A stretch of DNA of 59,970 nucleotides, filler included, from Platydemus manokwari (Eukaryota), in NCBI GenBank assembly GCA_037951405.1. It is 5 parts of 5 records of this genome, joined end to end, with 100 filler letters (N's around TTAATTAATTAA, not from the genome) between each part and the next. Parts side by side here need not be neighbours in the genome. Positions count along the whole stretch, not along the records: positions 38,314 to 48,420 come from JBBMOY011168214.1; positions 48,521 to 59,970 come from JBBMOY010575551.1; 3 more parts are not named here. One strand, 5' to 3'. This document shows positions 39,084-51,500 of the stretch, piece by piece (position 1 is the first letter of the stretch; each line of letters opens with the position of its first letter). The translations under genes were made by a program, and so were the position numbers. The notes under the pieces were generated by a model. That model saw only the letters and a program-made list of their open reading frames with translations. It made no database searches and had not been told where the DNA came from.

Positions 39084-41279
39084 ATAGAAATTAAATTATA
39101 ACTAACATACTGTGAGTTATAGACACAAGGTTAATTGCTGGGTCAGGTGAGTTTCATCTTTCAACGTCTATAGTCATTTCAAATTTTCATTTCAAAAATG
39201 AAGCAAATTATTCAGTGACAAAACTCAAACTTTCTTAAATTAGCTGTTTTATAATTATAGAAGATAAAAAAAATCTTTAAAGGCCAAATAAGGTCAAGTC
39301 ATTCATTAGTGGGCTACACGATTTTACCTTTCCACCAAAGACTATTTACAAATAAATGATTTGTTGATCAAATTAAATATAAAATTACATATAAATAAAG
39401 GAATTTTGACAAAATATCTCGACTTATCGACCGTCAACAAATTATGATATATTGATTTGTCCATGGGGATCCATTTAAGTTGCTATAAAATACTATCAAA
39501 ATTACAAGCAATACATAAACAGTTCAAAAGAAATAATATTGCTCTAAGAGAACTGAATATTTATCTACATCTATATCATAAAATTTTTAAAATTTTGCTT
39601 TGTAAATCACGTGATTCCAGTTTAATTGATCTAATGTAGAGAAACTTTATTTTCATTTTATTAATCCTATTTTAATTTTAGCTATTTATTCACAAATGAT
39701 ATCATATCAAACTGCCTAAATTGTTGGTTTGATTGTTGATGTTTCGAAAGCGATTGGATCAAAAATTACAACTTGCACCAAATATTTGAATAATTTATCA
39801 GTTCTATCAAACTTGGAGTTGTGTTGAAAACAAAACTAAATTTGAATGCATATTGGCTTGCCATTTGAGAAACAGCATTCTAATTTTACTCAATTAGTTG
39901 CCATCTATCAAGACTTTCTTTTGGTTTATATTTCATTGATAATTTCATTTTTTCTTTGTTCTTTCGATATCGATTTGATACATTTTGCAATCAAATTTTT
40001 CTAGATTGCTTTGGGATATGGGACCTCTTCCTTTGAACTTTATTTCCTCTTTAATTCCTGAATTGGTTGTCAAACTTGTTTATAAAATGCTATTCCTCTG
40101 ACTTGTTTCTCCCTACTGAGTTTGATTCTTAATTTATCATACTGGCTCACTATTATGATCGATATGGTTATATGAAATCAATACCTAATGACAACAGAAC
40201 AGCAAGGTCAGGTGAATAAGAACATCAGTTTGTATTTGAATTCGCCAATAGTGAATTATGATATGTTGGATCTTATGTCATAATTAATACTGATTGATAA
40301 AAACGACGTATTATTGGACTGTCTGTAAACTTTAGCAAACGAACAAAAGCTAAGTCGTCATAGCAAAGCCATGCTTTTTCATAAAAAAAAATTGTAGAAA
40401 ACTTAGGGGGCAGTAGTTGTGCAGTAACATATCATTAGAGTAATAAAATATATTTACCTATCAATTTCAATCGGGAATCGCACTATATCTTAGACGTTTA
40501 GACAAAAAACAAACAGACATTACATCTCATGTATATCACAATAATTTCCGAAGACATTTGGAAAAAGAATAAAGTGGTTATCACAAAATCACTACATAAT
40601 TTATCAGTTCCTTAATGATAACTGTACTCCTTCATGACTTCAGTAATCAAACTCTTATAAATGTCATTATTCAAATGCATTGTAACTTCTTGGAAATATC
40701 ACCATGCATATGAGGCTTAAATTAAATTAACTAACAATAATTTTAAATAAAAATTTTTAATAATGATTTAAAATATTTTAATAAATTCTAGAATTTAATA
40801 TATTGAAATAAATGTTTTAAAATTTTAATAAAATATTTTAAAAGTTAATATTTTGAAATTTATAATTGAAGTAATTTAAATATTTATATTCATACCTGAT
40901 TAAGATCGAAAACGAAAAAGCTCTCTATAAATTTGTTTGAAAAATGTTGGATTTGTTATGAAATAAAATTTAAGAAAATCCTAATCATGACTTCTTTTGT
41001 TGAAATATCAACTGCAAGTGAAGTAGCCGCTACTAACAATGCAGATAAATTTTTATTTATTTATAACGATTAGTGATGTTATGGAAAGAGAAACAATGAT
41101 ATCGATTCTTTCTAAAAATCTACTTTTCATCCATCACCATCCTAAATTAAATATTCCTTCTGTGCTCGTCTTCGGAAATTTCTTTCGGAATAAGTTACTG
41201 CTAACAAAATACAGCTCTGCATATTAGCTATTTTTGATTACTAATAACCTAGTTTCTAAAGGTTTCAGATTCATGATTG

Positions 41280-42025
41280 GATTTATTCGTTATAAAGCAA
41301 GGCATTGAAACCCAACTGACAAATCAAGATACCAAAGTATATTTTAATTCTAATTATTCAAACAAATTAGTAAGTTATAAAAATCCAATTCTAAAATTCT
41401 TTAAATTTCAATTCATTATAAATCCTCTCATCCGCCTTCCTTAAAATCTTTGATTTTCTCAGAACTCTTAATTATCTATGTATCAAATTTTATGGGTGTC
41501 TATATAAAAATTTACGTTTCTCCTACACTTTATATTTTATTTATATCATCTCTATATCTTTTTTATATCTTCTTTTAATCATTTATGTATCTTCTTTACA
41601 CCATTTCTATATCTTCCTCTCTTCTCTTCTATATCTTTCATGCCACAAGCATTCTCTGAATCGAATTCAAATGAGTTGTAAGTATGTAAGCTGCTACTAT
41701 TTTATAAAGCGCGCCTTGAAAACGAACTGACAAATCACGACAACTAATTATATTTTAAATTAATAATTTATAAAAATATTCTCATATCTTCTCTATATCT
41801 TCTGTATGACTTCTCCAGTACTTCTCTGTATATTTTTTATATAACTCCCTAAATCTTCTTTACATCTTTTCTATATCTTCCTCCTGGTCGTCTAAACCTC
41901 CATATCCTAGACATTATCTGAATCGAATCCAAATACGTGGTCACCACGTAATCCGCTACTATTTCATAAAGCACGCCTTGAAAACGAACAGACAAACCAC
42001 AACACCAAATTATATTTTAATAAAT
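41280..42025. repeat. Degenerate tandem repeat, 3 units spaced ~410 and ~260 bp
   Basis: Core ataaagc(a/g)..c.ttgaaa..caactgacaaatca.ga.accaaa.tatattttaa recurs near 41292, 41704 and 41967, with C/T-rich tctatatcttc spacers. Confidence 0.8.
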
Positions 42026-42960
42026 TTAATTTTCTTATGAATCCTCACATTCATGATTTGATAACAACATTAATCGAAATTCTCATTCGATTCCAATTAT
42101 AAAAACATATTATTGGCAATTATTGTGTATAAATATCCATATGAACTAATCAATACATTAAAACCAGCCCAACTCCATCAATTTCGTCTACACAGAAATA
42201 TTTGCACTTGTGAAATTATTCGATGAATAGCAAATTTCTGTCTTCTCAGATCCTTAATTAAAAACCAAATACAAACATTAATATCTTTGATCTGCAGTTG
42301 AGATTTAATGGATTTTTATGTAGGATTTTTAAAATATTTTCAATAAATTTCATTAAATTTTGACATCTACAAAGCATTGTCTCGACATCGATGTGTTGAA
42401 CATGCATTATGTAGTTCGTATTTGTTTGGCAAAAGTTATTAGGTATTTTTTAAAATAACGCTCAATTTTTTGTGAAAATTATGAGGTAACAAATCCAAAA
42501 TTAAATTGGTATGAATTAGTTAAGATATAGATTTCCAATGGTGATGTAATAAGATTAGATAATCTCAGTATAATATATATAAGAAATACTGTCAAACCAC
42601 TGATTATCAAATCAGCATAAACCGATGTAATATTCAAAAGATATCCTAAACAACTTCAACTTACATAAACTTCTGATATTACCTTGAATTTTCCTATTAT
42701 GTGCTTAAAGACCATGAATTGGATGTTTAATAAAAATAGCCAAAAATAAAGAAAAATAAGGTTTTACAAATAATGGAAAGAAACGAATATAGATAAAGTA
42801 ATCCTCATTATTTTTCGTAGAAATCATAAAACAGCAATACAATGAATATAAATTCTAAATAACTGAGTTTGATTTTACAAAAGAAATAATAATTCTTCTT
42901 TCCTTCATTTACCGATAAGACTTAAACAAATCAAACTCATCCAATATAAAACGATTATGA

Positions 42961-43659
42961 TTAATTTTCCTCAGTATTGCATCTATATATGACAGGTTTA
43001 AAATCATGAAACGAAACATTATCATTTGAATTTTTTCGAGAATAATTTCTCTGGAAATTTCTTGAAATGGTATTCTCAACAACGATGTGGTTTTTTCGTT
43101 GATTTCTTTTTTTCAATTTAATCAATAAAAATCCAAAACTACAATTGAAGACCAAAGAAACCAATAAGAGAAATAAGATGGGAATGTAACTGTCGAATTT
43201 CACGGAAATGAATTTGTCCTTGAAATTTGATTTATCAGTTTCACTACTATTTTTCGCACAAACAGCACCGGCCATATATTGATTGCAAGATTCAGCTGAT
43301 AAACCATGATAATAGTCCCAATAAATGCACATTTTGTGTTGATGTTCGTTGAGAAATTGAACGTTCGGAATTATCGTTTCGACTGTACTGTCCATGCTCG
43401 TATTCCACCAACAGTTGCATTTTCTTGACCACATAAAAGGTTTGGTCCACAATCGACGCGGAAAATGCATTGTTTTAATAATTCGTTTTAGATATTGCAA
43501 ATCGTCATCGTTAATTACGGTAGCAAGCACTAAATTGTTGCTGATACAGAATTTATAGGCTTCGTTGTGAGTGAAAGTCCCCTTGAGTACTAAAAACTGT
43601 TGAATCGATTCGTACATTCTTAAAAATGTTAACGAAAGTAAAATTAAATTGTACAACAT
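42961..43659 (-). CDS. Single-exon type I membrane protein with a C-type lectin-like domain
   Basis: Likely ATG at 43659: signal peptide MLYNLILLSLTFLRMYES; CTLD FTHNEAYKFCISNNLVLATV...RLW...MCIYWDYYHGLSAESCNQYMAGAVCAK; TM YIPILFLLLVSLVFNCSFGFLLI followed by basic KLKKR; 232 aa. Confidence 0.82.
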   Translation of the reverse strand: MLYNLILLSLTFLRMYESIQQFLVLKGTFTHNEAYKFCISNNLVLATVINDDDLQYLKRIIKTMHFPRRLWTKPFMWSRKCNCWWNTSMDSTVETIIPNVQFLNEHQHKMCIYWDYYHGLSAESCNQYMAGAVCAKNSSETDKSNFKDKFISVKFDSYIPILFLLLVSLVFNCSFGFLLIKLKKRNQRKNHIVVENTISRNFQRNYSRKNSNDNVSFHDFKPVIYRCNTEEN

Positions 43660-46309
43660 TATTATCGGTGATCGAATTTGATTTCGATATAAATGATATA
43701 TATGAGTTCGAATATTTATTATTTGATAGTTTGGTGATTGGCTGATTAACAACCAATCAGCTGTCGGATAATTTTGTATATAAATCTGGTGCATTGGATT
43801 GAAACACAAAATCTTATAATCTCAATAATTCGACATTTTAATGATTTATTAGCAAATTTAATTACAAATGTTCTTTAATATTTGTTTTAAACAAATCCAC
43901 TTTTTTATGGGAACTGAAGAGTTGGTAATAAAAGCATTTGACTCCTATTCTTTGGTTCTGTTTCTGAAATTATTCAAGCATAAAAATTTAATCAATATAA
44001 AAAATGAAATGCCTCTCGATATCTGGAATGAATTTCTGGTTAAACTGAGAGCAATTATTTCGAAAGATAATTAAATAAATAAATATCATTTTTTTTAATT
44101 TAAACAAACGCCACCTTTTGTGTATTTGACAGACAACCATTTTGGTTTGAATGCCAATAAATAAATAAATAATTTGTCTTTCATTGAACGCATAATAATA
44201 GTCACAGATCTGAATTATTGTGAATAAAATATTAAGAATAGTAAAAAATATTTAATTACAGTTCTATATCTTATAATACATTCGAATGTTGCTCAAAACG
44301 TTGCCTACCAAAAAGTGTGACAAATTTCGTCGATATTCAGTTCATATTATATGCAAAAACTTTTGTGTGAAGTTTATTTGACAATTTCAATTTTCGTCTG
44401 TATAACAACTCCATCTTTACCTCTCCGTGATAAACTATCAACAATATTACTATTTAACCCATAATAATCAGATCATTTTGGAGCTTATCCTGACACCCAT
44501 CATTCTCGTTTTCGTCATCATTATTATCATCCCTAATTAACATCAATCACATTGTCACATCAATCATCATCTCATAATTTCATTCATTCGTCACATAATT
44601 AACTCCAAATTACCGCTCTTTGCTTTTACTTACTGATTTTAACTTTCTCTAACCGGACTTGCTCGTCTTGTCTTCGGACTTGGCAAACCTTACCTACTCA
44701 TGACTCAAATTTTACCTACTATTTTCCCTGGGTGGTATTGATTATAACCAAATCTAACCTTATGGTTTTGTGAATATTACAGTTATTCTCCTGGATGGAT
44801 CAGATTACGATTTTTCAACAATGGAAGTGATCATATTTCACTGTTGAGTTTGATGTAGCCCATAACCATTGTCGATTCCGGAGTGATCGATGCTCGGAAG
44901 TGTGATAATAAACCTCCAGGATTCGAAAGACAAACCACATCAAATGGTTTGCTGCTTAGCCAATCGGATTCTCAACGATCTGACCTGGACGCTTGCGGAC
45001 ACATAGTGCAGATCAGTCCACCAATTGAGGAAATGGCTCCCTATTAAGAAACATTTCCATGACTAGAAAAATATTTAAATCTTTCCTGTGTTCTACAGCC
45101 AAGATTTATTTTGGCTGTATGTGTATTATTATAAATATTATAAATATAATTTATGAAAGTTAGCTATATAGATAAGTGAGACAAATGGAAATAGGAGTGA
45201 CACTCAATTCCAATTTCAAACAAAATTTTTAATTTTAAGCTATCATTCTATTTTGGACGTAATTATTTATGTCTCGTTTCATGTTAAAAATGTGAAAATA
45301 TAGAAATACATTTTATAGCATCGATGCACAATATTTAAACATAATTCTTATCGTAAGATTTATGCACAGCTTTTAAAAACCTAGGAAATTTTTAAACTTA
45401 GAAAAAAGTTAAATAGATACGGATTAAAACACTTTTCATTTTTATATAATCATATTATCATAAATACATCAACGTTAAACAACAATGACCATTTTTATAA
45501 TTGTTGGGTTGCAGTTAATATAGTTTAGTAAACTAACCAGAAATTCGAATCACAATAATTTTCAAAAATCGCTTTCATTGATAGAAATAAAATTCGAATT
45601 GTTTTCATTTGGTGTGTTTCTCAATTGTTTACACTTTTATATTAAATTTTGTTGAATAAAATTTATGAAATTCATTATCAATCTCGATATTGCAATTCCC
45701 TATTTACGAACACGAATAAAGAATTCTTTGATTTGAAAACGTTCATTGAATATCCACACTAGATATAAAATGCCAATCACAAAGACTCATGAGTTTGTAA
45801 ATTTAAATGTAATTTACCTTTCTTTAAAATAAATAGTTCAGTTGTAGGAAAAATTTTACGTATCAGCAAATTCTCTTTCCTCTTGAATAGTTTTGGTTTT
45901 ATATGGATTAACATGAGATTAGCTGAAACAATTGTTCCAGTAAAATTCAAATTCATTTTCTATGATCGAATTGTTCCTAGTGAATCTGGAATATTTATGC
46001 TCGCATTTTCGTGGTTAATTTGATGGAATAAATTTAATTACTTTATTTTTTTAATAGTAGATAGATGGAAATTATTATTATTATTATTATTTAATTTTAA
46101 ATAAATTCATTAAATTCTTTATTTTATTTCCCATTAGACTCTCTTATTTTATTTGGATATTGAAAATTCATAACAAATATTTAAAGTGCTAGATTTCCTT
46201 ATAATACTTGTAATTATTTTTGGTGTTTCACTTATCTGGTTTTCTATATGATAACTTCAACTTCTTAATCTGAATATTTTTAATATTCAATATTATTTTT
46301 TATATAATT

Positions 46310-46448
46310 NNNNNNNNNNNNNNNNNNNNNNNNNNNNNNNNNNNNNNNNNNNNNNNNNNNNNNNNNNNNNNNNNNNNNNNNNNNNNNNNNNNNNNNNNNN
46401 NNNNNNNNNNNNNNNNNNNNNNNNNNNNNNNNNNNNNNNNNNNNNNNN
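46310..46448. other. Assembly gap (139 N, no linker)
   Basis: Seen directly. Confidence 0.97.
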
Positions 46449-48420
46449 TGATAGGATTATTATTTTACTGGATTAACGGAAAAATAAAAATAAAATTTTG
46501 TTATCGCAATAATATTGGTACATTATAAATCCAAGATTCTTTATAAAAATGGATGCTCTATAAAGGAATATTAAATGGAATATTGTAAAGATGATTAAGT
46601 AAATACGAACCTATAAGTTGCCACATACAAATAAAGTATTTTCCAAAATGAATTATTTTAAGATTATCAGTATATATATTAAGATTATCTGTCTTAAATT
46701 GTGGATTTTGTGCTTCATTCTGATTTGGAATCGAATTCGTCGATATCTACCTTTCACTTCTGATGCTTAAATACCAAACCTTGGTTAGCCCATTGCATAT
46801 AGTTACGAATTTCTTTCAGTGTTTCCATCGTTTCTTTATCGTCATTGGTCAAGGATATTTCCAGTTCATGAGTCTGGTGGGTCTCCAGACTAGGTAATTC
46901 ACATTCGCAATGCGGCACTGTAGTTTACACAGGTTCGGCCTTTGTGGTTCATTATAGTCTGAATCCGTCTCATTCTCTTCGATTCTCGAACCAACTTTAT
47001 ATAAATTTAATTATTATAATTATTATATTGTTACTCATAATTATAATTGCAGACTACTTGAACTGTAGTTTTTCTCATACTGTTAGATAATAAGGAGATA
47101 TAGTGAACATATAAAGAACAAACATGAGGGGATATCAACCCAGTATAAATAATAATTTCTCATCCTTGTAAATATATCAAAGTAGTTTGTTCAGTAATTC
47201 AGAAAGAATCAGAAAGAATAAGAAGAAAAGGAAGAAGATGTGCCATGACTATAATTAATGAATGCAGATGACAATCATTAGATTTCCTAACGAATCCAAC
47301 AAAAAATTACAATTTGACAACTTAATTGATTTTGAACATAGTGACATTTTGGATCATATTTTTGAGTTAACATTTTCTTTCTGAATTGTTTGTGATTACA
47401 ATTTCGAATTTTTTTACTATAGTATGTATTGTGACACAGTGATCGATTTTTCGAAGGATTGCATCAATTTCGCTGTAGAAGATTTCTTCTACAACACTTG
47501 AGCTGAAAAAGATTCATAATTATTAAGATAATATTCCGTCATCATGTTTTTATTAATATCAATTTCACTTTATTATCTCCGTCCGTTTCGGACTTCCAGT
47601 AATCAACTTGCGTGATGCACTTGGCATTGCTCAAAAAAATAATTTTTTGATATTTTAAAAATTTTATACTTCGATTATTTCTAAATAAAGTTTAATTGCA
47701 TTGTAACAGCCTTGTTTCTTAAGCAAGTGCAGTTGTTATAAACGATAACATTTAACAATCATATTGATTTTTACTCTCAATCTATATAATATTTATTAGC
47801 ATTGATCAACTCTATTTAGTAAAAAAAAAAGTACAACACCTAGGTTATATCCAATCAGATTTGCATATCGCGCTATCTTATAAATTAATCTAACCTATTT
47901 TTCCGATAGTACTTACTATCGAAGCCCCTTGGGAGATTTCAAGTCAGATTAAACAAATACAAAATTCAACCCACGCTTTTAATAAATATAAAATAAGCCA
48001 CTAGATAAATTTGTTAATTTTGGAGTGCCATGTTTTTAATCTTCATCAACTTTATTTTGGAAATCTTGCTTAGTCTCTGAGCTCTGATGACTCTTAGGAA
48101 ATAATTTAATTCTAATTTTGATCTTCCTTGGCCTTGTAATTTTGATCCCTTGTTTGAAGACAAGGAGAACGGTCAATATAGTGATAGTTTATGCATTTTA
48201 ACCTTAACTTTAAAGGTAACACCTTCATCACTAAAAAGGTGATGTTATGTTTCTAAATGATGGATTATCAAAATGAATGCTCACTTGGTAACTTAAAAAT
48301 AAACTGTCTTTTAAATAAAAGGTTTATTTGCACTACAATTATAATATACTGGTCATCATAATTTTTGACACACCCGATAACCTCCGAAATAACTACCCGT
48401 TTTATATGAAATTTTGCTAT

Positions 48421-48520
48421 NNNNNNNNNNNNNNNNNNNNNNNNNNNNNNNNNNNNNNNNNNNNTTAATTAATTAANNNNNNNNNNNNNNNNNNNNNNNN
48501 NNNNNNNNNNNNNNNNNNNN
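48421..48520. other. Artificial contig spacer
   Basis: N44-TTAATTAATTAA-N44; truncates the dynein gene. Confidence 0.97.
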
Positions 48521-48544
48521 TATAGAAAAATTATTATTTCGAAC

Positions 48545-51500
48545 CGGTTCATAAACTTTTGGCATATCGAAATCAGCGTCGTCTGGCTCATCTCCAGTAG
48601 CTTCTTGAGCATCTCTACATAAGAAAACATAAATAAAGTTGTATAGTCACACATTGAATAAAGCTGTTAAATGCAATGCATTCAGCAATTTCCGGTTATC
48701 ACAGCAATGATACCTCATGAAATCCATGAACCACGAATCCACCTCCATCAATTGATTTTGAGCGACAAATTCTTCTGGAAATTCTTCCGATAGGCATCTC
48801 TTGATAGCTTTTGTGAACCAATTAATATCTTCCACTTGAACAAATCTATAGGTTAGCAAACAGATGTTGTTAGCAAATGTTAGAGGAGCATTGGTTAAAT
48901 AATTAGTTAAAATAGCGTAGGCTACACTGACCATTCTGGTCAGGATTACCTTAAAAAGTCCACAAAATAACTATCATCGTCGAAATATTGTAAACAACCG
49001 TCACCAAATACTTCTTCGATAGTTCGAACAAGTGCTTTGTTAAACCAGTTAATATTTTCATGAGTAGTGAATCTATCAATAGTTCAGATTATAGAATTTT
49101 ATTGATTTTTATTATTATTTTTTTTTATTATTATTATTATTATCTTTTTTATCATTATTATTATTGTTATTATTATTGTAAGGGATAAATAATCGTTTAA
49201 TGATATGAGTCCATATTGATTGTTTGTTTAAGTATGTTGAATGGATGAGTCATAACTGTTAGACATATCAAATCTATTTCTCTGATCGACAGAATTATTA
49301 ATTAGGACAACTATCCATATAAAATAGACAGAATTTTATAAACAATATTTGCGTTCATTAAGCCAATCATCATCATTACACTGTACGCCATAAGATATTC
49401 AATTATTTATCTGATAATCATATTTCAATCTAACCTGTCTGAAATCACTCGGCAACATTCGTGTTTCCAAAGTCCGAAAAGAGTTTTTGCATTAACAATA
49501 ACATCGCTCTGAGTGTTGATCATACCCTGCCAGATTCGACTGAGATCTCGCAAATTGAATACATAATGGAATTTTGCTGGTGTTGGCAGCATTTTGGATT
49601 TCGTCAATTGCCATAATCGTCTCGTTATTGGAATGAGATTTTTAACGAGACCACATATCTTGATTAATTGGAATTATTATAATTATTATCGATTTGATAA
49701 TTATTATTTTAATTAATTATTAATTGACTGATGAGAATAATTATAATTATTTTTTTAAGTTGATTATAAATGATTGGCATTAAAATTATTATTGTTGATT
49801 GATTGATGCCTGATTGACTTTATTAGATTAATTTTACCGATAATTAGTATTTTATTATTATTATTATTATTATTATTTATTATTATTATTATTATTTATT
49901 ATTATTATTAATATCGTTAATATCATATGTCATCGTTATTATTACTTTAATTATTATTTATTATCATAATCTATTATCATTTTCATTATTATGATTATAT
50001 ATTATCATTAATTTCATAATATTTCCTCATAAGAATTATAATGATCTTACTTCATCAGTGAATCCTCTCTCCTTGCAATAATGCCCCGTACCAATGATGC
50101 TGAATATTTTATCAATACTATTGTTGCTTGGCAAAGTACAGTTAAAAATGCAGAATTGTCTCTTCAATCGCTGTGGAATATCATTTCTGCCACCACCTGG
50201 ATGAATCATAGCAGCCATAAATTGCATATCCACAATATTTGTAAAATCTCCTGGCTTCTCTAGATTGTAGAATCCTCTCACTTCCAACAATTGTCGAACG
50301 ATCTCGTTAGCAATCTATAATTTGCAGAAATATGGTTTTAATATCCATAAACCGATATCGATTATCGCCAAACCTGATCTCCCCACTCATTAATGACGGG
50401 CATATTTATATCATCGATGAAGACAGTCATTTTACGCCCAGCCGGTGGTCCATACGTGCTTCCCATTCGTTTGTCAACAAAACTCTCAATCGTTCTTTGG
50501 AACAAGAATGGTACGGTAGCACTGGAGAAATTCAAAGATTTGAACATATGGAATTCAGGATTCTTATTGGAGAGATATTTGTTGATCATGACCGTTTTGG
50601 CTGTACCTTGTTCTCCGATCAGCAGTACAGCTTTCTCCTGCGATGCTATAACGTGCATTAGAAACTCTGTGCGAACATTATCGACATTAGGCACGAGGAT
50701 AGATCCATATTCGGGAGTTGAATCATGAGGATAGATGTATTCCTCTACTTTAGAATTCCAGTGAACCCATTCGCCATTGTCACCGACCATATAATCAAAT
50801 ATGGTTTCCTCGGAATCTTTATCAATTTTCGGAAGATCTAATTTTATATTCTCAGTCGTCCGGATGAATGTTTCCAGCTTAATTCTGTCTTCCAATTCCA
50901 ACAATGATCCGACACTCCACATTAATACAAACACATACAAACGCTCATAATGTTCACGAGATATCTAAACAAATCCAAAATAATCGATATCAAATCAATA
51001 GCTTAAATCTTAATTCCACCTGAGAAGTGTCCTTTTCGTCTTTACGAGGTAGCAAACCTTCCAATAAATCACATGCCTGTCGAACTACAAAAGCTTCTAA
51101 AGTATCCATTTTGTAATTGAGGTACTGAATTGAATAACGGTAAATATCCGGGAATGATTTAGAGAAAAGGTCCAAAATTATTTCTCGTTCATTTGCATTT
51201 CTCTTCAATAACCATGCTTTAAGAATGGGACACCAATCAAGAGCCGAACTACTCATGAACACCATTCCTATTATTACAGAAAATAATGAATAAATAAATC
51301 GAATATATTTATCCGTCACATTACCATTTCTTGACACAGTAGCTGGTGAAGCATTGTCGATATTGTGAACTTCAAAGACAATTTTACAGGATGGTGACAT
51401 TGGAATTCGGTCACCGTTAGCCAATGTTAAGGTCTTATTATCGTCAAGGACAGAATTCAAATTTTCAATCCAAATAGCATCCACCGGCCCATCGAGGACA

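Noticed and set aside
48064-48105. Hammerhead-like core ctgatga-ctcttag-gaaa (similar sequence at 10418-10455)
   Set aside because: Stems I and III cannot form around a UH cleavage site, and the second copy lacks CUGANGA; treated as a short dispersed repeat.
48469-48654. ORF containing an X run
   Set aside because: Runs into the artificial spacer and overlaps a dynein exon in another frame.
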